NCBI GenBank assembly: GCA_050949315.1
Contig: JBMNFL010000001.1
Coordinates: 322,043-386,042 of the forward strand
Direction of reading: 5' to 3'
Length of the DNA stretch: 64,000 nucleotides
Source of the DNA: Bacilli bacterium
GTDB lineage: Bacteria; Bacillota_I; Bacilli_A; RFN20; UBA1709
Shown: positions 1 through 9,020 of the stretch, in pieces
Layout of the letters: every line of letters starts with the position of its first letter
Position numbering within the stretch: the stretch's first letter is position 1
Made by a program: the position numbers and the translations under genes
Notes under the pieces: model-generated
What the model was told of the DNA's origin: nothing
Seen by the model: the letters and a program-made list of their open reading frames with translations, nothing else
The model's database searches: none

Positions 1-51
1 AAGAAATAGACCTGCTTGGGTTTATTTTCGTTTAAGGAGGGAAGTGCTTTA

Positions 52-657
52 ATGAAATGTTTGAAACATGTCAATAGTTATATTGGGGTTAATACCTACC
101 TGGTTGGTGATGATACTTGTTACATCATTGATCCTGGTAGCGATGGCAAAGTAATTGCCAAAAAAGTTCAAGAAAACTTTAAAGGTGTCAAGGCCATTCT
201 TTTAACCCATGCCCATATTGATCATATACTCAGTGTAGATTATCTAGCTGATCTCTTTCATTGTCCTATCTATCTGCATTCAGGCGATTTAGAATATGTC
301 AATGGTTCCTATAGTTCTAACTACATGATACGCGATTTTCTAGTAGAGATTAAAAGCCCCATCAGCGATGTTCTTACTTTGAACGATCCTAATATCCGAA
401 TCTATGAAACCCCAGGGCATTCTAAAGGTAGTGTCTGTTTTCATTTTTTAAAGGAGAAATTGCTTTTCACGGGGGATACGCTCTTTGCCTTTTCTATCGG
501 ACGAGTGGATTTACCAGGTGGCAGTCAAAAAGAAATGTGGGCCAGTTTAAGATTCCTAAAAACGCTTGACGATGACTTAATTGTGCATCCAGGCCATGAA
601 GAATCAAGCAGTATCGGCCTTGAAAAGAAAAGAAATTACTATCTCAGTAAGGTCTAA
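52..657 (+). CDS. MBL-fold metallo-hydrolase (glyoxalase II-like)
   Basis: THAHIDH (HxHxDH) motif and beta-lactamase-fold pattern; SD AGGAGGG at 35-41 precedes ATG 52; the ORF-track start at 16 is a TTG extension. Confidence 0.7.
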   Translation: MKCLKHVNSYIGVNTYLVGDDTCYIIDPGSDGKVIAKKVQENFKGVKAILLTHAHIDHILSVDYLADLFHCPIYLHSGDLEYVNGSYSSNYMIRDFLVEIKSPISDVLTLNDPNIRIYETPGHSKGSVCFHFLKEKLLFTGDTLFAFSIGRVDLPGGSQKEMWASLRFLKTLDDDLIVHPGHEESSSIGLEKKRNYYLSKV

Positions 658-728
658 AGAAGATTTTCTTGATTAACTAAGGCAAAATAGATTAAAATAT
701 GTGGTGGTATTAAGCGAGGTGTTTTAAG

Positions 729-1286
729 ATGATTCAAGCCATTGATATTAAACCCGGCACAACTTTTGAAGACAGCGGAAATATTTATGTCGCTCTCGAC
801 ATTCTGCATAATAAAACAGCAATGCGCAAGATGGTCGTTAAAGTTAAAGTTCGCAATCTAAGAACTGGGGCCATAACCGATATGTCTTATAGTGGCGACA
901 ATCGCTTTAATGAAGCTCGTCTAGATAAAAAGCAGATGCAATATCTCTATGACGACGGCGACCACCTTGTCTTTATGGATAATACAACCTACGATCAGGT
1001 CAGTATTAGTAAAGAACGCCTAAAATGGGAACTTAATTTCATGGTTGAGAATACCGATGTAGAAATAACTTACTACGAAAAAGAAATCCTCGGTGTGGCT
1101 TTACCAGCTAAAGTCAACCTAAAAATCATCGAAACCGAACCCAGTATTCGTGGCGATACCGCTAGCAAAGCTACTAAAGAAGCCACTTTACAAACCGGTT
1201 ATGTCATCCGTGTTCCTCTTTTCATTGAAGAGGGGGAAACAGTGGTGGTAAGAACTGATACCGGTACTTACGATTCAAGAGCTTAA
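729..1286 (+). CDS. efp: elongation factor P
   Basis: 185 aa with typical EF-P N-terminus (KPGTTFEDSGNIYVALD) and C-terminal OB domains. Confidence 0.9.
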   Translation: MIQAIDIKPGTTFEDSGNIYVALDILHNKTAMRKMVVKVKVRNLRTGAITDMSYSGDNRFNEARLDKKQMQYLYDDGDHLVFMDNTTYDQVSISKERLKWELNFMVENTDVEITYYEKEILGVALPAKVNLKIIETEPSIRGDTASKATKEATLQTGYVIRVPLFIEEGETVVVRTDTGTYDSRA

Positions 1287-1328
1287 AATCTCAGTTTTAG
1301 ATTTTAGATTAAAGAAAGGAGAAGGGAT

Positions 1329-1670
1329 ATGGCCAGTATTGAATATCATAAAATTGTCAACTTTACTACTTATGGTAATTTAGGCATCAGTAACAACGTG
1401 ATTGCCGAAATCACCCGGCAAGCGGTTAACGACTGTGAAGGGGCAGCAATGGCCGATTCGCATTCCCGTCTCTTTGGTAAAAAAGATACTGTTGTTTGTA
1501 AATTTTCTAAGAAAGGCGAATTGACTATCGACGTCCATATCAAAATCAAAATCGGCTATAACGTCAGTGAAACCAGTGCCCGAGTTCAAGAAAAAATTGA
1601 ACATGATTTGCTGTACATGACCGAGATTCGTCCACGTCGAATTCACGTTATCGTGTCGGATGTAAAATAA
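1329..1670 (+). CDS. Asp23/Gls24 family envelope stress protein
   Basis: 113 aa of Asp23-family size and pattern; sits where yqhY lies in the efp...nusB synteny. Confidence 0.7.
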   Translation: MASIEYHKIVNFTTYGNLGISNNVIAEITRQAVNDCEGAAMADSHSRLFGKKDTVVCKFSKKGELTIDVHIKIKIGYNVSETSARVQEKIEHDLLYMTEIRPRRIHVIVSDVK

Positions 1671-1672
1671 CA

Positions 1673-1696
1673 AGGCTCAAGGGCCTTTTATTTTTT
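1673..1696 (+). terminator. intrinsic terminator after asp23
   Basis: AAGGC-loop-GCCUU hairpin followed by a T-run. Confidence 0.55.
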
Positions 1697-1716
1697 CCCA
1701 AATTTACTAAAAGTAA

Positions 1717-1744
1717 TGACAATTGAACATACGTGATGTATAAT
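1717..1744 (+). promoter_or_regulatory. sigma-A-like promoter (TGACAA-16-TATAAT)
   Basis: -35 at 1717-1722 and -10 at 1739-1744, upstream of the small membrane-protein gene. Confidence 0.4.
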
Positions 1745-1829
1745 TTGTTCACAAATAACCATATATCTCGGGGAAGGAGGAGTGTTATCTAACTCAATTC
1801 CGAGTATAGGTAGATAACATAATTGGATT

Positions 1830-2195
1830 ATGAAAGAAGAAAATAAAATCGTCGAATATCGAAGCCCCAACAAGATTCTGGTGACTGTCGCAATCATCAT
1901 ATCCATTTTAATATCGATTTCGTATTTTTTACCAATAATTAGAATTGAAAATGAATATCATGGAACACTGCAGTATAATGCTTTTAACGCTACTTCAATT
2001 ACCGGGTTTTTGCCACTACTGCTTATTTCTCTCATCTTATATGTAGTTCAAATCATATTTAGTTTTATTTACCTATTTAAAAAGCCTATCAAGAAAGAGC
2101 ATTATATATCATACAATGTGCTGTTTGTAGTCGCGCTTATACTATCAGTAATTGCATATTCCTCTTGTTTATATTTAAATCGTTTTATAAAATAA
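1830..2195 (+). CDS. hypothetical small membrane protein (3-4 TM)
   Basis: hydrophobic ORF with a promoter upstream; no recognisable family and a weak RBS. Confidence 0.4.
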   Translation: MKEENKIVEYRSPNKILVTVAIIISILISISYFLPIIRIENEYHGTLQYNAFNATSITGFLPLLLISLILYVVQIIFSFIYLFKKPIKKEHYISYNVLFVVALILSVIAYSSCLYLNRFIK

Positions 2196-2212
2196 TCATA
2201 TCAGATATAAAA

Positions 2213-2240
2213 TAAAAAGGCCTCAAGGCCTTTATTTTTT
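2213..2240. terminator. bidirectional intrinsic terminator
   Basis: AAAGGCC-ucaa-GGCCUUU hairpin with A/T runs on both sides, between convergent genes. Confidence 0.6.
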
Positions 2241-2798
2241 CTTCTTGTGGCGAGCAAAGATACGGCTATAACTTTTAACACGTTCCAGCGCCGCTTCTTT
2301 TTCTTCGTCGCTTAAACTTTCAAATTCAAGTTCGTACCAACGTTTTTGATGTTCAACTAAATGAAGATTAGCCCGCGGATCTTTAGCAGCTTCCTCCAAT
2401 CTCTTAATTTCCCGATTAGTAGATATGACATAGTAAACTAAGCCCGCGACAAAAATTGCCGAAAAGCCAAAACCATAAGCTAAACCATCTTGTTTTTGGA
2501 CAATCCAAAACACCAAAAAGGTTAAGGTCGTTAAAATAACCATAATCATTGGTAAAATCGCCATTTTCCAATCTTCTCTTAAGCGGAAAATAATATATTG
2601 AAAACGAAACTTTAGTTCTTCATCACTATATTCTCTTTCTTGTTCGCGTTTTTCTAATTTGTCTTTTTTAATCCTTTGAAGTTTTTTCTTCAATTCCTCA
2701 AGTTCTTCAGGACTTAAACCCTCCATTTGCTGAACGATTTTTTCGCTCTCGCTTGGAACGGTCTTTTTTTCTTCCGCGTTGTTTTCCAAAGTTGCCAC
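2232..2798 (-). CDS. hypothetical membrane protein with charged coiled-coil termini
   Basis: 188-aa ORF with two central TM helices; the start is GTG in the track and the true start is uncertain. Confidence 0.4.
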   Translation of the reverse strand: MATLENNAEEKKTVPSESEKIVQQMEGLSPEELEELKKKLQRIKKDKLEKREQEREYSDEELKFRFQYIIFRLREDWKMAILPMIMVILTTLTFLVFWIVQKQDGLAYGFGFSAIFVAGLVYYVISTNREIKRLEEAAKDPRANLHLVEHQKRWYELEFESLSDEEKEAALERVKSYSRIFARHKKKK

Positions 2799-2894
2799 CT
2801 CTTTTTCCCTAATATTCTAAAAGAAAGCCTATCGTTTAGCAAGTTTTATGTTTATAAAAAGCAAAATTATGCTATCATAATTACGTTAGGAGTT

Positions 2895-3320
2895 ATGGAA
2901 GCGATGAGTACTGATGAAAAAACCTTGACCCGCAATCAAATGCATGAAAAGTTGATGATCTGCACCTATCAATACCTTTTCTATATGATTGCTAACGATG
3001 AGCAAACCCTAGATGCCATTATCGATTCGGTCTTTGGCTTTGAGGAGCCTAAATATGTTGATCCTTTTATACGAGAGGGCTTTTTAGCGATTATCACCTA
3101 CTATTTAGAAGCCATAGATAAACTAGAACCTCTACTGATAAATTGGCGTTTTGAGCGCTTAGATCTCATTGAACAGGCGATTTTAATCTTAGGTTATATT
3201 GAATACAAGTACTTAGAGATCCCCAAGCCAGTCATGATCAATATCTGTGTGAAATTGGCCCAAAAATATGCCAATGACGAGTCCTATAAATTTATCAACG
3301 CTATTTTGGAGAAGATTTAA
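2895..3320 (+). CDS. nusB: transcription antitermination factor NusB
   Basis: directly upstream of xseA as in Firmicutes (nusB-[folD]-xseA); NusB-like helical N-terminus; internal ATG at 2895 is preceded by TAGGAG. Confidence 0.6.
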   Translation: MEAMSTDEKTLTRNQMHEKLMICTYQYLFYMIANDEQTLDAIIDSVFGFEEPKYVDPFIREGFLAIITYYLEAIDKLEPLLINWRFERLDLIEQAILILGYIEYKYLEIPKPVMINICVKLAQKYANDESYKFINAILEKI

Positions 3321-4589
3321 ATGGATTATTTTAGTGTTAGTGCCTTAAATAGCTACATCAAAAACCGCCTAGAAAGCGATGAAGAGCTAAAAAACATTCA
3401 AGTACTTGGAGAAATCTCTAATTTCAAAGCCCATTCCTCCGGTCATCTTTACTTTACCTTAAAAGACGAGCAGAGTCGGATCAGTGCGGTTATGTTTAGC
3501 AGCTATGTAAAAAGAGTCAGTATAAGAATTGAAAACGGCTTAAAAGTCGTTGTTTCCGGTAGTGTTTCGGTCTATAAGGCCGGTGGCAGTTACCAGATCT
3601 ATGTCTATGCTTTAGAGCCAGTCGGTATCGGTAATCTCTATCTCCAATTTGAAGAACTTAAAAAGCGGCTAGCCGAAGAAGGACTCTTTGCCGCTGAACA
3701 TAAAAAAGACTTGCCCCCTTTCCCTAAGTCTATCGGTGTCATCAGTGCGAAAGAAGGGGCGGCTATCCGTGATGTTATCACTACCATTAAAAGGCGTTGG
3801 CCCTTGACTAAAATCACCTTATTACCCTCACTTGTTCAGGGTAAAAGTGCCACTAGTTCTATTGTCAAAGCCTTAGAAAAAGCCGATTCCTTAAATTTTG
3901 ATGTTTTGATCATCGCTCGTGGCGGTGGTTCACTTGAAGACCTGTGGTGTTTTAATGAAGAAGAGGTTGCTAGGACAGTCTACGCCTTAAAAACCCCCAT
4001 CATTGCCGCCATTGGTCATGAGACCGATACCACCATCATCGATTTTGTAGCCGATAAGCGGGCAGCCACGCCAACCGCGGCGGCCGAACTTGCCACCCCC
4101 AATCTTGAAAATGTGTTAAGACTATTAGAACAACAAAATTTACGCCTCATAAAGGCTTTTACTAATCGTTTAGATAATCAAAAAAAGAACTTTAAGCGTT
4201 TGGCCTCCTGTGCCTGCTTTAATCAAAAAGAGTTGCTCTATGCCCATAAGGCTCTTACTTTACATCTACTAGAACAACAGCTCCTAAATGTTAAAGAACG
4301 GCTCTTTAATCAGGCCCAAAGTCTTCTAAATACCTGTCATCAGGAACTAAGACATTCCATTATGACCAAAGTAGAAAAAAGCAAACATAAATTAGGTCTT
4401 CTAATCTCAAAAATCAACTCCTTAAATCCCTTAGAAATCTTAAATAGAGGCTATGGGATGTTAGAAGTTGATAATATAATTATCAAATCTGTTAAACAGG
4501 TCGAGATTGGTCAACAATTAGATATCAGTTTACACGATGGAAAAATCCAAGCAAACATCACCAATAAGGAGGAAATAAAACATGGCTAA
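3321..4589 (+). CDS. xseA: exodeoxyribonuclease VII large subunit
   Basis: 422 aa with OB-fold N-terminus and XseA catalytic region; followed by xseB. Confidence 0.9.
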   Translation: MDYFSVSALNSYIKNRLESDEELKNIQVLGEISNFKAHSSGHLYFTLKDEQSRISAVMFSSYVKRVSIRIENGLKVVVSGSVSVYKAGGSYQIYVYALEPVGIGNLYLQFEELKKRLAEEGLFAAEHKKDLPPFPKSIGVISAKEGAAIRDVITTIKRRWPLTKITLLPSLVQGKSATSSIVKALEKADSLNFDVLIIARGGGSLEDLWCFNEEEVARTVYALKTPIIAAIGHETDTTIIDFVADKRAATPTAAAELATPNLENVLRLLEQQNLRLIKAFTNRLDNQKKNFKRLASCACFNQKELLYAHKALTLHLLEQQLLNVKERLFNQAQSLLNTCHQELRHSIMTKVEKSKHKLGLLISKINSLNPLEILNRGYGMLEVDNIIIKSVKQVEIGQQLDISLHDGKIQANITNKEEIKHG

Positions 4590-4803
4590 AGAAACATTTA
4601 AATTTGAAGAGGCCATCAAAAGACTCGAACAAATCGTCAGTAGTTTAGAAAGTGGGGAAGTGGCCTTAGATGAGGCTCTCAAACTCTTTCAAGAGGGCGT
4701 TGGTCTAGTCAAAGCCTGCGATGAAAAATTAAAAAAGGTTGAGGAAAAAGCCACTAAAATTTTAGAAGGTGAAGTCGAAAAAGACTTTAAAGAACTCGAC
4801 TGA
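4582..4803 (+). CDS. xseB: exodeoxyribonuclease VII small subunit
   Basis: 73-aa helical protein overlapping xseA by 8 nt; TGA stop. Confidence 0.85.
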   Translation: MAKETFKFEEAIKRLEQIVSSLESGEVALDEALKLFQEGVGLVKACDEKLKKVEEKATKILEGEVEKDFKELD

Positions 4804-5597
4804 TGCGCTTAGATCTGTTTTTAGTTAAACAGGGCTTCTTTAAAAGCCGCCAAAAAGCTCAAGCTGCCATAAACGATGGCTATGTAAGGGTCAATAACAA
4901 ACTTGTAATTAAGGTGAGTTTTAACTGTGAAGAAGGGGATATCATTGATATTAATCCCAACATTAACCCCTATGTCTCTAGAGGCGGGCTGAAACTTGAG
5001 AAAGCCTGGCAGTATTTCAAACTAAACTTTAAAGACAAGCTCGTACTTGATATTGGAGCTTCCACCGGCGGTTTTACTGATTGTGCCTTAAAAAAAGGGG
5101 CACGCCAAGTCTATGCCTTAGATGCTGGCACAGATCAACTTGATATAAATCTACTGAAAGATAAGCGGGTTAAAAGCCTAGAAAACCTTAATTTTCGTTA
5201 CGCAACTAAAAAAGATTTAGATGAACTTAAATTTGATTTTGTTCTTATTGATGTTTCTTTTATTTCTTTAAAATACATCTTTGAGAATCTTCAAAATTTC
5301 GCTCATAAAGAGACTTTAATCATCGCTTTGGTTAAGCCGCAATTTGAACTTTACGATGAAGCCTACAGGCAGCGGGGTGTGATTAGAAAAAAGAGCGATC
5401 ATTTAAATGCCCTGTCTAACGTAGTATTAGAAGCCAAGAACTTTTCTTTAAACCTACAAGGACTCACTTTTTCACCCATTCAAGGGGAGAAGAAGGGTAA
5501 TATTGAATTTCTAGCTCTCTTTAGTTATAAGGAAGTTGAAAAATCTATTGACCTAAGAGCAATCATCGAGGAAGCTCACAAGCACTTTAACAACTAA
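4803..5597 (+). CDS. tlyA: TlyA family rRNA (cytidine-2'-O)-methyltransferase
   Basis: S4 domain followed by FtsJ-like MTase (DIGASTGGFTD); conserved position after xseB. Confidence 0.85.
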   Translation: MRLDLFLVKQGFFKSRQKAQAAINDGYVRVNNKLVIKVSFNCEEGDIIDINPNINPYVSRGGLKLEKAWQYFKLNFKDKLVLDIGASTGGFTDCALKKGARQVYALDAGTDQLDINLLKDKRVKSLENLNFRYATKKDLDELKFDFVLIDVSFISLKYIFENLQNFAHKETLIIALVKPQFELYDEAYRQRGVIRKKSDHLNALSNVVLEAKNFSLNLQGLTFSPIQGEKKGNIEFLALFSYKEVEKSIDLRAIIEEAHKHFNN

Positions 5598-5628
5598 AAC
5601 ATACCGCGCGTATGTTTTTATTTATTTT
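5597..5628 (+). terminator. intrinsic terminator after tlyA
   Basis: AAACAUACCGCGCGUAUGUUU hairpin followed by a T-run. Confidence 0.6.
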
Positions 5629-5662
5629 TAGTCTTTAAAAAACTATAATAGAAAGGGGTGAG

Positions 5663-6835
5663 ATGATGGCAAGAGTAATTTTACATATCGATATGAATGC
5701 TTATTTTTCCTCTTGCGCAGAACTGGCGCAACCTGAATATAAGGGCAAGGTCATCGCTATTGCTCATGATGACAACCGCTCAGTGATTTCCACAGCCTCC
5801 TACGCCGCTAGAAAATATGGTATCCACAGTGCGATGCCAGTATATCAAGCTAAAAAACTCTGTCCCCATTTGATTCTAATCCCGCCAGATTTCGCCCTTT
5901 ATGAATACTATACCAAGCGCTTTGTCGCTATCATTAAATCCTTTAGTCCTATAATTCAAATGGCGAGTATTGATGAGTGCTTTGTCGATATGAGTGAACG
6001 CTTAAAAAACGAGAAGAAACCCTTAGAGGTAATCGCTTCAATTCAAAAGCGTATCTATCAAGAAACGGGACTTTCTTGTAGCATCGGTGTGGCCCCAAAT
6101 AAATTCCTAGCCAAGATGGCTAGTGATATGAAAAAACCCATGGGCTTAACTGTCATACGTAAGAAAGAAATCCCTGTAAAACTCTGGCCAATTCCTATTA
6201 ATAAGATGTTTGGTGTTGGCAAAAAAACCACGGCCCAACTCCTAAAAATCGGGATTAAAACCATCGGTGATCTTGCTAATTATCCTGATGATTATACCCT
6301 AAAAATGCTCTTGGGTGTCAATGCCTATACCCTTAAAAAATGGGCCCAAGGCATAGATAAATCCCCAGTCAAAGTCGAGCAGGATGATCCTAAATCAATC
6401 GGGCATTCTCGCACCTTAGAACACAACACTAACGACTATCAAGAGCTGACTTCCCTATTAGCAAAACTAGCTAAATTGGTGTCCCAGAGGGCTAAAAAAG
6501 AACACATGTTAGGCTTGAGTGTTTCTTTAACAATGAAGGATGCTTCTTTCCGCGTTAAAAATCGTTCTTGTCAGCTAGATGACTATACTAACGATCAAGA
6601 AGTAATCCTTACTTCCGCTCTCAATTTGTTTGATAAAAATTACCGAGGTGAGACCTTAAGACTATTAGGAATCACTCTTCAAAAAACCATCAATGAAAGC
6701 GACTATAGCCAGCAGATCAGCCTTTTTGAACCACTCAAACCACTTAAGAACAAAAATGAAATTCAAAATTTAGTAAAAAAACTCAATCAAGAACTTGGCA
6801 AAGATTTGTTAAAAATTGCCGGAGGTGAAAAATGA
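5663..6835 (+). CDS. dinB: DNA polymerase IV (Y-family)
   Basis: HIDMNAYFSSCAE...SIDECFVD Y-family polymerase motifs. Confidence 0.9.
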   Translation: MMARVILHIDMNAYFSSCAELAQPEYKGKVIAIAHDDNRSVISTASYAARKYGIHSAMPVYQAKKLCPHLILIPPDFALYEYYTKRFVAIIKSFSPIIQMASIDECFVDMSERLKNEKKPLEVIASIQKRIYQETGLSCSIGVAPNKFLAKMASDMKKPMGLTVIRKKEIPVKLWPIPINKMFGVGKKTTAQLLKIGIKTIGDLANYPDDYTLKMLLGVNAYTLKKWAQGIDKSPVKVEQDDPKSIGHSRTLEHNTNDYQELTSLLAKLAKLVSQRAKKEHMLGLSVSLTMKDASFRVKNRSCQLDDYTNDQEVILTSALNLFDKNYRGETLRLLGITLQKTINESDYSQQISLFEPLKPLKNKNEIQNLVKKLNQELGKDLLKIAGGEK

Positions 6836-7722
6836 ACTATCGGGAATTATATTACGACTATCTTCAGTTTGAAAAAAACTTAAGTCCCAATAGCATCAAA
6901 ACTTTAGAAGCGCATCTAAAGCTTTATTTAGAATACCTCGCAAAACATAGTATAGATGTTACTGAGGCTTCTCCTGTTGACCTCCGCAACTGGTTTAAGG
7001 AAGAAAAATTGCAAGGGAAGAGTGAAGCTACCCTAGCTTCCTACTTAACAGCAATTCGCTCCTTTTATCGCTTTTTAAATAAGGATGGCTATGCCAAAGC
7101 TGATCCCACGCTTCTAATCGAAACCATTAAACTTCCTAAACGGATTCCTGATTTTTTAAGTCTTGAGGAAGTCAATCGCTTAATTGCCGTTATTCCTAGC
7201 GACTCTCTTGTCGGTTTACGCGATAGAGCCCTATTTGAGTTTATCTATACAACCGGCGCCCGCATCAGTGAGGCTTTAAATTTAAAATTCAACCAACTTA
7301 ACCTAAGCGATGCCACAGTTATTATTCAAGGTAAGGGTAGTAAACAAAGGCTGGCCTTTTTAGGTGATGTGGCCCTTAATTATCTTTATGAATACTTAAG
7401 AGATAGCCGATCCAAACTCTTAAAAGAGCAGTTTTCTAATTATGTTTTTGTTGGTGAAAGAAGTGAAAAACTCAGTCGCTCCCACGCCTTAACAAAACTC
7501 AAAAAATATGCTAAAATGGCAGGGATAAATAAAAATATAAGCCCGCATACCTTAAGGCATTCTTTTGCCACTCATCTTTTAGAAAACGACGCGGATTTGA
7601 TGTTGGTTAAAACCTTACTTGGACACGCCAGTGTCACAACCACCCAAATCTATACCCATATCAGTAAGAAACGTTTAAAAGAGGTCTATAATCAAGCCCA
7701 TCCATTTGGAAAGAAGGAATAA
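6832..7722 (+). CDS. xerD: tyrosine recombinase XerD/XerC family
   Basis: RHSFATHLL...LGHASVTTTQIYTH catalytic box; upstream of deoB as B. subtilis ripX is. Confidence 0.8.
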   Translation: MNYRELYYDYLQFEKNLSPNSIKTLEAHLKLYLEYLAKHSIDVTEASPVDLRNWFKEEKLQGKSEATLASYLTAIRSFYRFLNKDGYAKADPTLLIETIKLPKRIPDFLSLEEVNRLIAVIPSDSLVGLRDRALFEFIYTTGARISEALNLKFNQLNLSDATVIIQGKGSKQRLAFLGDVALNYLYEYLRDSRSKLLKEQFSNYVFVGERSEKLSRSHALTKLKKYAKMAGINKNISPHTLRHSFATHLLENDADLMLVKTLLGHASVTTTQIYTHISKKRLKEVYNQAHPFGKKE

Positions 7723-7724
7723 AA

Positions 7725-8924
7725 ATGCGAGAATTTAAAAGAATTTTCCTCATTGTCATGGATTCAGTCGGTATAGGTCATGCCGTAGATGCTGAAGAAT
7801 ACGGCGATTTTGGTAAGCCTAATACCCTTTTAAACATCGATCAAGCCATCGGTGGTTTAAAACTCCCTAATCTAGAGAAATTAGGCTTAGGAAATTACGA
7901 TAATTACCTTTATATTCGCCCTGAAAAGCAGATCAAAGGGGCTTTTGCCGCCCGTTTTCACGAGCAGAGTAAGGCTAAGGATACTTTGGCAGGGCACTGG
8001 GAAATCATGGGCTTAGAGACTACTAAACCCTTTAAAACCTTTGAAGAAAACGGTTTTCCTAAAGCCTTAATTGATGAATTAATTGCCAAGACGGGTAGAG
8101 GTGTTTTAGGAAATTACGCCGCTTCTGGCACCCAAATTATCGCTGATTTAGGTGAAGAACATATGAAAACTGGCAAACTAATCGTCTATACTTCTTCCGA
8201 TTCGGTATTACAGATTGCTGCCCATGAAGAAATAATCCCCGTTCCTGAACTTTACCGATATTGTGAGATTGCTAGAGAAATAACCCTTAAAGACGAGTGG
8301 AAAGTGGGGCGTATAATCGCTCGTCCTTTTATCGGAACTAAGGCTAAAAACTTTAAAAGAACCAAACGGCGCCACGACTATGCTTTATCACCATTTAAAG
8401 ATACTTATTTAGATTTAATTAAAGAAAAGTCTTACGATATCGTAGCCATTGGTAAGATCAATGATATCTATAATGGCTGTGGTATTACCGAGGTACAAAA
8501 AACGCTAAATAACGATGATGGCATGGATAAGACCATCGCCCTTGCCAAAAAAAGTGATAGTTTCCATGGTCTTTGCTTTGTAAATTTGGTTGATTTTGAT
8601 ATGGAATTCGGCCATCGCCGCAATGTAGAAGGTTATGCTTCTTGCTTAGAGAAATTTGATAAGCGTTTAGGTGAATTACTAAAATATTTAAAAGAAGATG
8701 ATTTGTTAATTCTCACTGCCGATCACGGCAATGATCCCACTCAAGATGGAACTAATCACACTAGAGAAACGGTCCCTGGGCTTTTCTATTCACCAAGTTT
8801 TAAAAAAGGTCGCTACCTAGGTGAATTTAAAACCTTTGCCATGATTGGGGCTACTGTCGCGGCGAATTTTGGAATAAGATCTAGTGATTTATTAGGAGAA
8901 AGCTTAGGACATTTACTGGAATAA
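7725..8924 (+). CDS. deoB: phosphopentomutase
   Basis: 399-aa metalloenzyme with the DeoB pattern (VMDSVGIG...ADHGNDPT). Confidence 0.9.
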   Translation: MREFKRIFLIVMDSVGIGHAVDAEEYGDFGKPNTLLNIDQAIGGLKLPNLEKLGLGNYDNYLYIRPEKQIKGAFAARFHEQSKAKDTLAGHWEIMGLETTKPFKTFEENGFPKALIDELIAKTGRGVLGNYAASGTQIIADLGEEHMKTGKLIVYTSSDSVLQIAAHEEIIPVPELYRYCEIAREITLKDEWKVGRIIARPFIGTKAKNFKRTKRRHDYALSPFKDTYLDLIKEKSYDIVAIGKINDIYNGCGITEVQKTLNNDDGMDKTIALAKKSDSFHGLCFVNLVDFDMEFGHRRNVEGYASCLEKFDKRLGELLKYLKEDDLLILTADHGNDPTQDGTNHTRETVPGLFYSPSFKKGRYLGEFKTFAMIGATVAANFGIRSSDLLGESLGHLLE

Positions 8925-8987
8925 ATGCATTTTTACTATCATAAGATGAATTATGCGAAGTTAATTGAATTAATAAAAATATAAAAA

Positions 8988-9020
8988 AATGATGCTATCC
9001 TCTAACATCATTTTCTTTTT
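8988..9020. terminator. bidirectional terminator between convergent deoB and nadD-fusion
   Basis: AAUGAUG-loop-CAUCAUU hairpin with T-runs on both sides. Confidence 0.55.

Noticed and set aside
16-51. ORF-track start of the MBL hydrolase at position 16
   Set aside because: It is a TTG without an RBS; ATG 52 follows a strong AGGAGGG SD
6832-7722. Tyrosine recombinase as the integrase of a mobile element
   Set aside because: It lies in conserved synteny (dinB-xerD-deoB; compare B. subtilis ripX near deoB) with no att-like repeats or phage genes; interpreted as chromosomal XerD
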